Of a stretch of 64,000 bases of DNA, positions 50,490 through 63,700 are shown in pieces (position 1 is the first letter of the stretch; each line of letters starts with the position of its first letter). The DNA comes from Selaginella moellendorffii (Eukaryota; Plantae; Lycopodiophyta). The stretch is from contig NW_003314310.1 in NCBI RefSeq assembly GCF_000143415.4, forward strand, positions 552,611-616,610. The letters run 5' to 3'. Below the pieces are notes generated by a model, which was not told where the DNA came from, made no database searches, and was given only the letters and a program-made list of their open reading frames with translations. The position numbers and the translations under genes are program-made.

Positions 50490-51097
50490 TGTAGTGCACC
50501 TTATCTCTCTCCCCTTAAGCTCCTAAGGTTCCAAGGTGACAGTATATCTAAATCTCATCCCATGATCACATGCGCTACACTCACCCCCCCTTCAGAGACT
50601 ATTGACTATTGACTAATAACCCCTATTGAGCCAAGGGGAATCAACACCTCCATTTCCGCACTGAATCTACCAATCTTTCCATTGTATAGACCAGCTATTC
50701 CATGTGAGGCAACTAATCATCCACCCGCTAGTCATCCACCCGTACCGTAGTCCCACAGTGGATACCTTCGTCCGTGGATACTCCACAGAAGAGGAAGGAC
50801 GTACGCATGGATGCCCAATATATACGAATTTTCAAATTTAGGGGTAGGAATATACCTTGCTCAAGGGTATATTATATTTTTAAGTAGCCACTAATCAATG
50901 GGAATCGAACCCGTGCCATTTGCTTCGATACCAATTGTAGCGCACCTTATCTCTCTCCCCTTAAGCCAACTGGAAAAGGGGAAATTGTTTGATGAGAGAG
51001 CCCTTAATGGCTATTTTATCCCCATTTATCCCCCAAAGTTCCAAGGATCCACAGTGACAGTATATCCAAATTTCATCCCATGATCACATGCGCTACA
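50490..51097 (-). mobile_element. TRIM, inner complete copy
   Basis: LTRs 50936-51097 and 50490-50579 (internally deleted), PBS TGGTATCGAAGC, PPT GAAGGGGGGGTGAG, TSD ATAAT/ATAAT. Confidence 0.9.
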
Positions 51098-51358
51098 ATA
51101 ATAGAGGTCAATAGTCAATGAGGACAAAGATAAATAAAGTAATAGACAAAATAAACAAGTAATAGTGGTCGTATAGACAAGGCAAATTAAAAAGGAAAAA
51201 TTTATAACTTACAAATGTGTGAATGCTATTTAGTGGCAAAGTTGAAGCCAAAGCCAACCTTTGATGCAGCCAGAACAATCAAAGAGTTTGCAATTCCTAT
51301 TCTTCTGTGAGAGAGAACAAGCCCAAGCTGAGTTGTTGAAGCCATAGCTTATAAACCC

Positions 51359-51694
51359 CATCCACCTCTCATGACCCAAACATCATTTTATTCCCCAAAA
51401 CTTTGTGGGGCATGATGCAGGATCTAAACAATAACCACAGCCATCACAACTTAGTTTTTTTGAAATGTTCAGCACCTTTAACATACACTAAGTTATAGTT
51501 AAAACACTCATGTTCAGTCAAGAGAACATCCACCTCTTATGGCCCAAACATCATTTTAGTCCCCAAAATTTTGTGGGGCATGATGCAGGAGCTAAGCAAT
51601 AACCACAGCCACCACAACTTAGATTTTTTGAAATGTCCAGCACCTTTAACACACACTAAGTTATAGTTAAAACACTCATGTTCGGTCAAGAGAA
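51359..51694. repeat. Tandem duplication, 2 x ~168 bp
   Basis: CATCCACCTCT...GTCAAGAGAA repeated head to tail. Confidence 0.9.
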
Positions 51695-51792
51695 TGTCTT
51701 TGATTGTGGAGTTCATCAAACATAGCTAAGCTCACCAAACCTCTTGAAATGGCATGAAATTTGCTAGCCACCCAGCATTTGTTGAGCAATTG

Positions 51793-51828
<36 letters not shown>

Positions 51829-54800
51829 GCTTATTGTGAGGGCCAAGTGTACGGCTACGATGCTGTATACTAATATTAATGTAATGGGATTTTGGTAGCT
51901 ATTGGATTAGTTTCAATCTGGACCACTTGCTCTTGTATATAAGATAGGGTTTTTGGGCTAATTGATATGCACATTTTTTATATTCCCTTTCCATATTCCA
52001 AGCACTCACATTAGTGGAGGTGAGGGGCACCTTTGAATGTCCCTAAGGAGTGTTTGGATTTGGGATTTTGGTTTAAATCTAACTTTTACATCGTCTAGAT
52101 CTAATTTTTTCCATTTCCTTTCTTTTGTTCTTTCCTTTCAGAATTGCATTGTCTAGATCTACCATTTCCTTCTAGCTTTTTGTCATTTCTCTTCTTTTGC
52201 TATTTGTTTTTTGTTCATCTTTATAGCAGATTAGCAATCTCCTCCTTTGACTCTGGAGCAGCAGTTGGTGCAATTGTTTGATGCTATGCACTTGCAATTG
52301 AACAACCAAACTCAGTTGATAGTGGTGTTCACAGCACATGGTACAACTCCTCCTGCCCTTGGTGCCAATCATCACGTTCGGCCAGAGTTCTTTCACAGGA
52401 ATCCTAGGGATGATGTGTACCATTGGTTCGATCACTTCATGGTGATTGCCACATATCATTCTTGGGATGATGCTCGACGTTTGCATGAGTTTTCCATGTG
52501 TCTCCAAGGGATGGTGTTGTAGTGGTACAATGGTTTGAGCGTAGCCACTCGTGGGGATTGGAGTGTTCTGCCAGACATCTTTAAACATGCCTTCAGACAT
52601 GCCGACGACTGTGACAATGCCTTCTAACAATTGCATCGTCTTCACCAAGGGCTATCTGAGTTGGTGATGCAATTTAGCATACGTTTCTAAGGTCTTTTGC
52701 TTTGTGCAGAGCCAAATATGTCGGAGTGGATCAAGCTCGGAATGTTGTGGCCAGCACTTTGTCAAGATTTTGTCAGACTTGTGCATGCTACTTGCTCCTG
52801 CCACCCTTGAGGATGCTCTTTGCTTGGCACAATGTTATGAGACGTCGCCTCTTCCACTTCTGACTGCACGTTTTTCAACTCCATTTCTTATGGGTGATGG
52901 TCATGTTCTAATGGAGGTTGATGCTACTGCTGCTCAAGTCCAAGGACAAGGGCAAGGACATGGTCGTGGCCGTGATGTTTGCTGCTGGGCGTATGATGAA
53001 GTTAGTCATACTTATCAGCGTTGGTTGTGTTTTCTAAATTGGTGACCTCCATTTCCTAGGTAGAGACCTTGGCGTCAGCAACGTCCCGTTGGTGCTACTG
53101 CAATGGAAGGTCTGGACACCGAGATGCATCCGGGAAATGAGGAGTCGCATGAGTAATAGAGGGATCTTGCGCGAATAAGTCAGTGACCCCTCCATCTTTC
53201 TTTCAAAAGTATCATCAAAGTGTTCACTTGACACTAGTTCATCTAGTGTTTACTTTCCAAGCTCATTTTTATAACAAGAAGTCTCCTATTATTCTCTCTG
53301 TGTTGGTTGATATAGGTTCAAGTTTATCTTTTATTGCTCGACTTATTGCCACATGTTGCTGTTTACACTTCCGTCGTGTGGCAGAACCCGTTTTCATTCT
53401 TTATGGCAATAACGGTACACATGCATGTGCACGGGATGAGGCCGACCTAGTTGTGCGTGTGGGCAATCTCAAGCTTGGGTTGCAGTCATTGCAGGTGGTG
53501 CTGAGTCAAGCTTTTGATCTCATTCTTAGTATAGATTGGTTGCAGTGCAATCATGCCAAGTGTGACTTTGAGGCTTTTCCCCTTTGTTTCATATTTCTTT
53601 ATGTTTCATCTATTCCTCTCACTTCCATACAACTTCGTCCCTTTACTTCTACCTCTGCTACCATTACTTTTGTTTCCCCTCTATTTCCTCCTATGTTTCT
53701 GTCTTGCTCTACTTTTCCCTTTTCCGATCCCTCTGACAATCCTTGTGTTGCAGGGGTTGACCGGATCATGAAGGAGTATTTTGATCTCTTTGAATTTAAC
53801 CTATCATCTGGGGCCAAGATTGCCACACATCATCTGATTCCAACTGGGGATGCTCGTCCAATCAAGGTTCCTGTTTGTCGTCGGTCACCCAAGGAGATCA
53901 AGATTTTATGTACAAATGTCAAGGAGATCCTGGAGAAGGGTGTTATTCGGAAGTCGTAGAGTCTTTGGGCATGTGAACCTCATTTTGTGATGAAGCCTAA
54001 TGAAAGTATTTGTTTTTGCATCAACTATCATCTGTTAAACAAAGTGACGATCCCAGATGTGTACCCTCTTCTTCACACTGCTAATCTCTTGGATTGTCTA
54101 GGGTGAAGTCGTTGGTTCACCAACCTAGATCTTGGTTCTGGATATTAGCAAGTACTGATAGCTGAAGAAGATATTCCTAAGACTACTTTTTGTACACCAT
54201 TTGGTTTGTATGAGTTCTTAGTAATGCCGTTTGGTTTGAACAATGCTTTAGCAACTTTCTAGCGGATGATGGACAAGGTTCTTTGCAATATGCTAGAGAT
54301 GACTGCTGAGTTCATTGATGATGTCTTGATCCACTCATAGGGGACGTGGGAGGAGCACATTCGTGATGTTTATAAAGTGTTGGATCGGCTACGCAGTGTT
54401 GGTTTAAAGCTGATGCGGTCAAAGTGCATGTTTGGGTCTAAGGACACAACTTATCTTGGGTACCGTATTTCTCATGAGGGTTTGCAAATTGATCTTGACA
54501 AACTTGTGGCTGTTCTAAAGTTCTCTACTCCGAAGTGTGTGAATGATGTGCAACGCTTCTTGGGCAAGGTGCAGTATCTCAATCGTTTTGTGGATCATCT
54601 TTCTGATTGCACTGCACCATTGCAAGCATTGCTGAAGTCATCAATGTCATCTTTCATGTTGTCTCCGGATTGTGAGTGGGCATTCCTGGATCTCAAAGAG
54701 CTATTAACGACTCTTCCAATTTTGGCATATCCTGACTACACTTGACCTTTTATTTTGCATGTGAATGCTTCTGATATTGGTCTTGGAGGTGTGTTGATGC

Positions 54801-55517
54801 CAGAGAGCTCAAGTATGTCTGGTTAACGCCATCCCATTGTGTATATAAGCCATACATTACAACCAATGGAGATGAACTACTCCATGACAGAGGAGTGTTT
54901 AGCAGCAATCTGGAGTTTCGAGAAACTTCATGCATATTTGTATGGTTCTCAGACATTACTTGAAGGTGACTATGCTGCTGTTACTTCATTATTGAAGTGG
55001 AAGAACCTGGTTGGTCGTACTGCTTGATAGGCTTTGAAGCTTCAAATATATAATTTTGATGTTATTCATTGCCCAGGGAGTTCTATGGCTAATACTGATG
55101 CCCTTTCTCGAGCTCCTCTTCCTTCTCCACTCTTTTCTCATGTTTCTGATGAGCTTGTTGTTCCAGCATCTGTGGATTTTTTAAACAAGGATTCTGTGCC
55201 ATCGGTGGTTGCTGTACTTAATGTTCAGTGTCCACAAAGCGTAGAGCAAGATCTACCTTCTCTTGATGAGGTTTGTGAGGCTTAAAAAATTGAGCCATGG
55301 ATTCGAAGGCTTCGAGATGGGTTTGAGAATTCTATATCACTTGCTGATGACTTGCCTTTCCGGCATTTACATTCTCAATATCGCCTTAAAGACGGCCTTC
55401 TTTATTTTGTGGGGGCAAATCCTGATGATCATTTACGGCTGATGGTGCCTTCCGCCTTTATTCCACGGTTTCTCCATGCCTACCATGATTCTCCTATTCT
55501 AGGTGGTCATATGGGAC

Positions 55518-56110
55518 TGTAAACAATCAAAGGGAATGACTTGAAAGACGATCCATAAGGTACAAATATAAAGGGAAAGGGCCCATAAACAAAAGTACAC
55601 CCCATTTTCCAATCGATTAAGGGTCTTGGGATATTTGGGGTTAAACATTTTTGGGTTTGAATAGTATTGGGCTGGGTGACCTCCCAGGAAGTCCAAATTC
55701 ACAAGCTTACATTTGGTATCAGAGAGGTCTCGAGTCCAACTCTGTTAGTTGGTTAGGGGAATCACACCACATGTTGATTGACATCTGGCATGTCCAGTTT
55801 GCTCCCGCTGGGCTCGACCCGAGGGGTAGGGTGTCAAGAGAGTGGGGCTCTCAGGAGAGCTGTGGCTCTCAGCTTCCGTTAACGAAGGCGTCAACTTGCA
55901 GGGAAGTATGGTGGATTATAAGCAACCTAAGGGAACAACTCGAGAGATGATCCATAGAATTCAAATATAAAGGGAAGGGGCCTATGAACAAGAGTGCACC
56001 TCTTTTTCCAATCGGTTAAAGGTCTTCAGATATTTGGGGTTAAGCGTCCTTGGGTTTGAATAGTACTGGGCTGGGTGACCTCCCGAGAAGTCCAAATTCA
56101 GGAGCTTATA
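55518..56110 (+). mobile_element. Cassandra-type TRIM with 5S rRNA-derived LTRs
   Basis: LTRs 55518-55711 and 55917-56110, PBS TGGTATCAGAG, purine tract before 55917, TSD GGGAC/GGGAC. Both LTRs contain a 5S internal-control-region segment. Confidence 0.9.
56039..56093 (+). promoter_or_regulatory. 5S rRNA-derived Pol III type-1 promoter segment (A box, IE, C box); second copy at 55640-55694
   Basis: GTTAAGCGTCCTTGGGTTTGAATAGTACTGGGCTGGGTGACCTCCCGAGAAGTCC aligns without gaps at ~46/55 nt to the plant 5S 3' half as I recall it. Confidence 0.85.
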
Positions 56111-57772
56111 GGGACATCATCGTGTAACCAAGAAGCTACACAGGTCTTTCTATTGACTAGAGATGCGACATAATATTATCTGGTATGTGTAACCAAGAAG
56201 CTGCACAGGTCTTTCTGTTGACTAGAGATGCGACATAATATTATCTGGTATGTGTGTAGCTGCATTTGGTGCCAAACTCGTAATACTCCCCCTCGTGCTG
56301 CGAAAGGACGGTTGGAGTCCATAGTAGTTTCCCGTCCATTTGAGTTGGTGGCATTTGATCTTATGGGACCTTTTCCACAGTCGACTGCTGGCAATGAGTA
56401 TGTTATTATTGCTTCTGACTACTTAACTCATTGGGTGGAAGTTGGTGCTTTTGCTAGCGCCTTTGCAACTGCTGTTGGATACTTCCTCCTCAATCGAGTT
56501 GTGTTCTAGCATTTTTGTCTAGAGTAGATTTTTTTCAGATAATAGTCCCGCATTTATGGCTGAGGCATTTCATGTTTTGATGTCTCGGTTGGGGATATGC
56601 CACACTTTCACGAGTGCTTATCATCCACAATCAGACGGTTTAGTGGAACGGTTAGTTTGGACATTCAAAGGGATGATTGCAAAGTATGTGAACTTTCAAC
56701 ATTTGGATTGGGACGGTTATTTGCCGTCTTTTCGGTATGCATATGTCACAGGGGTGTAGAGTTCTGTTAGTGCTTCACTATATAAAATCCTATATGGTCA
56801 TGATCCAATATTATCAATGGAGCTGGGTTTACCTTCGCGATTGCCACGAGCTGCCGATGCTAAATTGTGGGATCAGTATTTGATAAGCATTCTTCCACTT
56901 GTCCGAGTAGAGTCTGCCGAACACTTATGCTGCGGTCAAGTGGGACAACAACGGCGCTACAACTCCCATCATCATCCACTTGCGGAGTATAAAGTGGATG
57001 ATTTGGTGTTAGTCCGTTTTCCCATCTCATGGTACATGGTTTATCTAAGGGGCTCCTTGTGCAGTGGAAAAGACCGTATCGAGTGTTGCGGCAAGTTGGA
57101 CCACAAATTTATGAGGTTCGGCATGATGTCCAGTAGGCTAATCTTCCAAAGATTGTGCATTTGCAACGGTTGAAACGCTTCATACAAAGGGATCAGGAGC
57201 AATTAATACCACCTATAGATTCGCCGATGCCTCCTCCTTATGTTTTTCCAGATCCCGGCCCATCTACAAAAGAACCCTGATGGTCTTTCATTATTCCGAG
57301 GGGAGGGGATGATGTGAGGGCCAATTGTATGACTACAATGCCATATACTAATATTAGTATAGTGGGATTTTTGTAGCCATTGGATTGGTTTCAATCTGGA
57401 CCACTCACTCCTGTATATAACTGTATATAAGCTAGGGTTTTTGGGCTAATTGACATGCACATTTTCTGTAACTCTCTCTCTATATATATATATAATGCTT
57501 ATGTAATATGTTAATTATAGTATTATAGTATACATAATGTAATTTATGACATAATTTGATCCATTTATTCTTGTATATAAGGTTTAATATATTTATATAC
57601 TATATATATATTATATACCCCAATATTTATATTTATATTTATTTTATATATATATATATTTATATACCCCAATTAATATATTTATTCTAATATCCTGAAC
57701 ACTCATAATAATAAACATTATTTTAAATAATATTTTCTAACAAAATTAAATTATTATTTTTATATCAGGCTT

Positions 57773-60700
57773 ATGAGCAAAGAATGCAGCAAGCAAGTAT
57801 CCATCCAAGATGTGCTCTCGCAGCTGCTATTGCCATCGGCGGCCCTCTATGCATCCCTCCTCCACTGCTATGGCATCTCCTGCTCGCTCACTGATAGCTG
57901 CTGTGTCCACGATCACATCCTCGCCACAGGCCACTTCCTCCAGAGTGTCCACCTTGGTAATCTCCTCATCCAGATGTACAGGAAATGTGATGGCACCAGC
58001 AGCCTTGCGGCCACATGCACAGTCTTCGATCAGATGCCCAAGAAAGATGTGGGGTCTTGGAGCTGCATCATCGCGGCCTACGTGCAGTCGAGGCATTGCC
58101 GCGAGGTGATCCAGCAGATGGACGTGGAACCCAACGAAATGGTGATCATGAGCACACTGGCTGTGTGCTCCGGTTCCAAGGATCTCGCACTGGGCATGGC
58201 CATCCATGTGAGAATTCTCTTCCCAGATCTCCGCAAGAGTGTGTTCATCGGCACAGCGCTCGTCAACATGTATGCCAAGTGTGGAGCAATCCAGCAGGCC
58301 AAGGCGGTGTTCGATCAGATATCGCGCAAGGTGGACTGCGATGATCACCGCATTTGCCCAGATGGGGGATTGCCACCAGGTGCTCGAGGGGATGATCCAA
58401 GCTCGCATCCAGCCCAATCCGGTGACCTTCGTCGTGGCGATCACTGCGTGCTCCAGCAGGGAATTTCTTGATCGGGGCAGGAAGATAAATGCCGCCATGA
58501 TCAACCTGGGCCTCCATGGCGACATCATGATCCAGAATGCGCTCCTTTCAATGTACGCGAAGGGTGGCAGTGCGGAGGAAGCATTTTCGGTGTTCCAGAG
58601 GATGGAAGATCGCAACAGGGTCTCGTGGAACAGCATGATCGCGGCCTTTGCCACGAGCGCACAGTCTTGCGCGGCAATGGGCCTCTTCCATGGCATGAAC
58701 TTAGAAGGGATCAAGCCCGACGACGTGAGCTTTCTGGGAGTTGTAAATGCCTGCTCGAGCACTAAGTGTGGAGATCTAGAAGCCGCCGAGAGGATTTTTC
58801 AGAGAATTCCAGGCAAAAATGTCGTGTCTTGGATGGCCATGCTCACTGCTTACACCTTTCACAGCAATGGATCCAAAGCTCTTGAGCTCTATAACAAGAT
58901 GGTCAGGCAGTCGATCCAGACGGACAGTGTGGTGCTGCTCAATGTAATCCGTGCCAGATCACTGGTTGGGGACATCGGCCTCACAAGAAAGCTCCACGCT
59001 CACGTTGCTTCCTCCAGCTTCATGCTCAAGATCCAGATCTAGAATGCGCTCATCAACATGTACATGCAGTGTGGCAGCCTGGAGGAGGCAAGGTGGGTGT
59101 TTAATGGGATCGAGAGGAAGAACTTGGTGTCATGGAATGCGATGATGGGATCTTATGTGCAGCACAGATACGACGAGGAAGCGATCGCATTGTTCTCGGA
59201 GATGAAGGCTGGGAACTCGAGGACCATGGAGTCGGGCTTGAGGAGCTCGGTCTCTGCAAGCTCAGACTCTAGTTTGTACACAAGGAGTGTGAAGATCTCT
59301 AACTCCACTAACACCTCAGCCTCCACCATCTTGGACTCCATTCTAAAGCCCAATTCCATCATTGTTATGATCTGGCGCAAAAAAATAGAGATCTAGTCAC
59401 CCTAGACTATGCTATACCACCTCTTGAGGTTCCTCACTACCCAACCACCCCCAATCTACTTCAAAAGCTCCATTGCACCACTGCTACACTGTGAACCCTA
59501 GGGTAGGGTTGAGTCCCCTACTCTAACATGCCTTAATATACCTTTGAGCCTCCCTTTGACCAATGTTGACCACATGGTCAAAATTGACGCCTAACAATTC
59601 TTTCCCCCCAACAAAGTCTTTGTCCCAAGGACGAGTTGTACCGATGATCACCCTTTCTGGGGAACCTTGCTCAAGCTCCTGGTCCATCTTCCACAGTTGT
59701 ATACATCAAGGAAGCATTGGGCCCATCACTCCAAGATAGTATATCTTTCAATTGGCTAACATAAAATACCGGATGAATTTTCACCCTAGCTAGTAGCCGC
59801 ACCTGATAAGCCGCATTACCAATGCGCTCCAGCACTTCATATGGACCAATATATCGATGGGAAAGTTTATCACTCTTCCCTGTCCGTAAAGGCACCAAGG
59901 TGTTCTGCCGCTCACTTGATGGAAAAATCATTCGCACAAAGATAAGATCACCCATCTTATATTCCCGGAATTGGCAATGCTCATTGGCAAACTTCTCGGC
60001 TCTATCCTGAGCTGCTTGCAAATTCTGTTTGCACACCACCAAAATCTCATCAAGTTCTGTGGCAAAATCAGTCGCCTTGGAATCAAGCTTATCTTGAACG
60101 TCCTTACTCAAATGCAATCCCAACTCCATCGCTGTTCAAGGATGCCTTCCAAATATGGCAAAGTAAGGATTTAACTTGGTTCCAATATATTGGCTATTAT
60201 TGTAAGCAAATTGCGCCAACTAAAGATATATATCCTATTGTCATTGCCTTTGACCAATGCTACAGCGTAGCATATTCTCCACCACTTGATTCACACGCTT
60301 GATTTGCTCATCCATTTGAGGATGATCTCCACTCAAGAGTTTTAGAGTCACTTGTATAGCCTTTGCAAAGCTTTTCCAAAATCCACTGGTTAACTTTGAA
60401 TCTCGATCACTAATGATGTCCTCTAGTAAACCAAAATTAAGAAAAACCTTCTCCAAGTAAACCGTAGCCAAGTTTGAGGCAATGACAGTTTTCTAAAGCG
60501 CCAACAACCACACATACTTCGTCAACCAATCCACTATGACCCATACTTGCTCCTTTTGCCTCAATGTTCGTGGCAAACAAGTGTTGAAGTCCATAGAGAT
60601 ACTACACCAACAGCTCTGAGGAATAGGTAAAGGTTGCAAAAGTCCCCCCGGCTTCTCCTGTGGCATCTTAACCTACTGACAAAGCTCGCATGATTTACAA

Positions 60701-63700
60701 TACTTGAGGATATCAACCTTCATATTCCTCCAATAAAAATTGCGTTTAATCAAGTCATACGTCTTCTTCCCCCCAAAATGACTAACCTCTGGACGATCAT
60801 GATAGTGAAATAAAACTTGAGTAATTAACACATCTGCCCATGGCAAATATACACGGCCATTGTAGTAAAGAATTCCATCCACCAATGAGAAAGGGGCTTC
60901 CATCCGGTCTCACAAAGAAGCCACCTTAGCATCTTGAGCCTGAGCATGCTCAACCAACTATCCAAACTCGCTGACCACCTTACTCAAATGATGACAAAAT
61001 CGTGTTTGTAATGTTGACATATGATGAACACAAGATAAAGCATCTGCCACCACATTTGATTTTCCCAGACAATGCTCAATAGAAAACTCCCCAAACTCCA
61101 TAAGTTTGACCATCTAATGAACTTGCCTAGTGTTCAACTCCTTCTATGTGAAAAGATACACAAGTGGTTTGTGATCTATCAACACCACAAACACTACACT
61201 ATAAAGATAATGTTGCCACGTCCGCAAAGCATGAATAATAGAGAGTAACTCTTGCTCATATGTGGAATAGTGTTGTTCCGCGGAATTCAAAGTTCGACTT
61301 TCATATGCAATAGGCTATCCCTCTTGCATGAGAAGTGCATAACCACTCGCATCGCATGTCACCTCGTAAGGTTTTGATGGATCAACAATGCGAAGCACTA
61401 GAGTCTCGCTCAACAATCGTTCCAGCGCCACAAAACTCTCCTCTTGTGACTTCTTCCACTCGAATGGCACATTCTTGTGTAACAATTGCGTCAAAGGAAT
61501 AGCCATCTCTGCAAACTTATACTGGAAACATTGGTAATAACTAGCCATACCAAGAAAAATTATGCAACTCAACCATTGTAGTTGGTGTAGGCCAATTTTC
61601 CATCACAGCCACCTTCCTTGGATCCGTCTTGACACCCTTAGATGTCACAATATGGCCTAAATATTCCACCTCCAACTTTGCAAACTCACATTTGCTCTTC
61701 TTCACATAAATTTTATTGTCTTGGAGTAATAAAAGAACCTTGCGCAAATGCACCTTATGCTCCTCCATATTCTTGCTAAAAACAAGAATATCATCCAAGA
61801 AAATCTCCACAAACTCATAAAGATAATGCCTAAATACCTTCGTCATCAACCGAGTAAATGTAGCTAGTGCATTCGTCAAACCAAATGGCATAACTATAAA
61901 CTCAAAATGTTTGAAGCTTGTGTTGAATGCCATCTTGGAGATAGACATCATCCATTGCAATCTGATGATATCCACTCCTCAGATCAATCTTGGTAAACAC
62001 TTGTGTTTCACCAAGCTTGTCTAGGATATCATCCACACGTGGCATCGGCATTTTATCCTTCACTTTCTTCTTGTTCAAAGCGTGGTAATCAATACAAATT
62101 TGCATTGAACCATCCTTCTTCTTCACAAACAAGACTAGAGCACCAAACAGAGACTTACTTAGCTGAATAAATCCAAACTCAAGTAACTCCTTGATTTGTC
62201 GTTGAACTTCTTGCTCCTTTGCATAAATTAACCGAAATGGACACCGGTAAATTGGCCACATCCCTGGATCCAATGTAATCTCATGCTCCACACCTCATAA
62301 CAGAGGCAACCCATGAGGAAGTTCAGATGGAAAAACATCAGAAAACTCGTCAAGTACATCCCGTACTACTGCTTCTCCCCCACACGTGCCTTGGTCTCCC
62401 AAGTCACGAACAAACAGCAAGTAACTTGAAAGTGCTTTTCTATTACAACAAGTCCACTTCAAAGATGTAGTAGAGAGCATAATAACGGTGGTTGAACACC
62501 CTCGCCAAACCACACATCTTTAACACCACCATACTCCAACAAGACACACTTAATACTCCACTTTATCTCTGAATCCACCTTCACCAACCATGGCATCTCA
62601 AAAATAAGATCCACATGATGGATATCCGCGAAATAAAAAGTCTCCACAAGTGTGGTTTTGCCAACCAACACTTCCAACCCTTTAACACAAGCATCAAAAT
62701 GTTGAGCAGAGGTAGTTGCACCTTCCACCGTGTACGGAAAAACTCCGTGTGTGACCAGACCATGCTCCACAATAAACTTTGCTGAAACAAAGTTGTCATC
62801 GCTCCCACTATCCAGTAAAATTCGCATTGGATCGCCATAGAACACATCCTCTAGCATTAAAGCTGATTCACAAGTATCCTCAAGCTCCATCTTGTTCCAC
62901 ACACAGTTGAGCTGACGAGCAATGATCGAAAGTCTCTTCCTCAGACTAGAATGGTCATTCTCATCATCCTCACATTGCAAAGTCTGCAACTTTTTAGTAT
63001 CTGACTTACCATGAGTAGAAGATTGGCCATTCATCATGCCATGCATCTCGTCATGCATCTCTTGCTGATTTCGATTAAGGGCTCGCAGCTCATGAACCAC
63101 ATCTTGAATGGTCCAAATCTCCATAGCTTCATTGGCACCATCATCGGCACCACCATCGACAATAGGATTCCAACGTTCATCTTGGTCGGCCATCGCAACC
63201 AACTCTTCTGATACCAATGATATGATCCAGTGCAAAAAAACAGAAATCTAGTCACTCTAGACTATGCTACGCCACCTCTTGAGGTTCCTCACCACCCAAC
63301 CACCCCCGAGCTACCTCAAAAGCTCCACTGCACCGCCACTCCACTGTGAGCCCTAGGGTAGGATTGAGTCCTCTACACTAACATGCCTTAATACCTTGAG
63401 CCTCCCTTTGACCGACATTGACCATGTGGTCAAAGCTGGCGTCTAACAATCATGGCGTCATTCTCCTGTATGCCCATGCCGGCCTGGGCAAGCTCACCGA
63501 GGGGCAGCGCATCCACACCGAGCACCGCAAATCAGGAGATTCTTGTGGGATCCACGACCAACGTCACCCTGGGCAACACGCTGGTTAGCATGTATGTGCG
63601 CTGCAGCAGCATGGGAGATGCCGCTGCTGCCTTCCACTGCATGAGAGCCCACGACACAGTGACCTGGAGCTCCCTGATGGCAGGATACACCCACTACGGC

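Larger units (their letters stand above)
51835..57470 (+). mobile_element. Second, more decayed family D gypsy copy
   Basis: LTRs 51835-52010 and 57313-~57470. Collinear with 37199-42183, with the integrase interrupted by a TRIM. Confidence 0.95.

Noticed and set aside
50895-50920. tRNA gene (also at 2196 and 15249)
   Set aside because: T-arm only; I could not build a D arm, anticodon arm or acceptor stem.
55640-56093. Functional 5S rRNA genes
   Set aside because: Only the ~55-nt internal control region is present, inside LTRs. The 5' half and terminator are absent.
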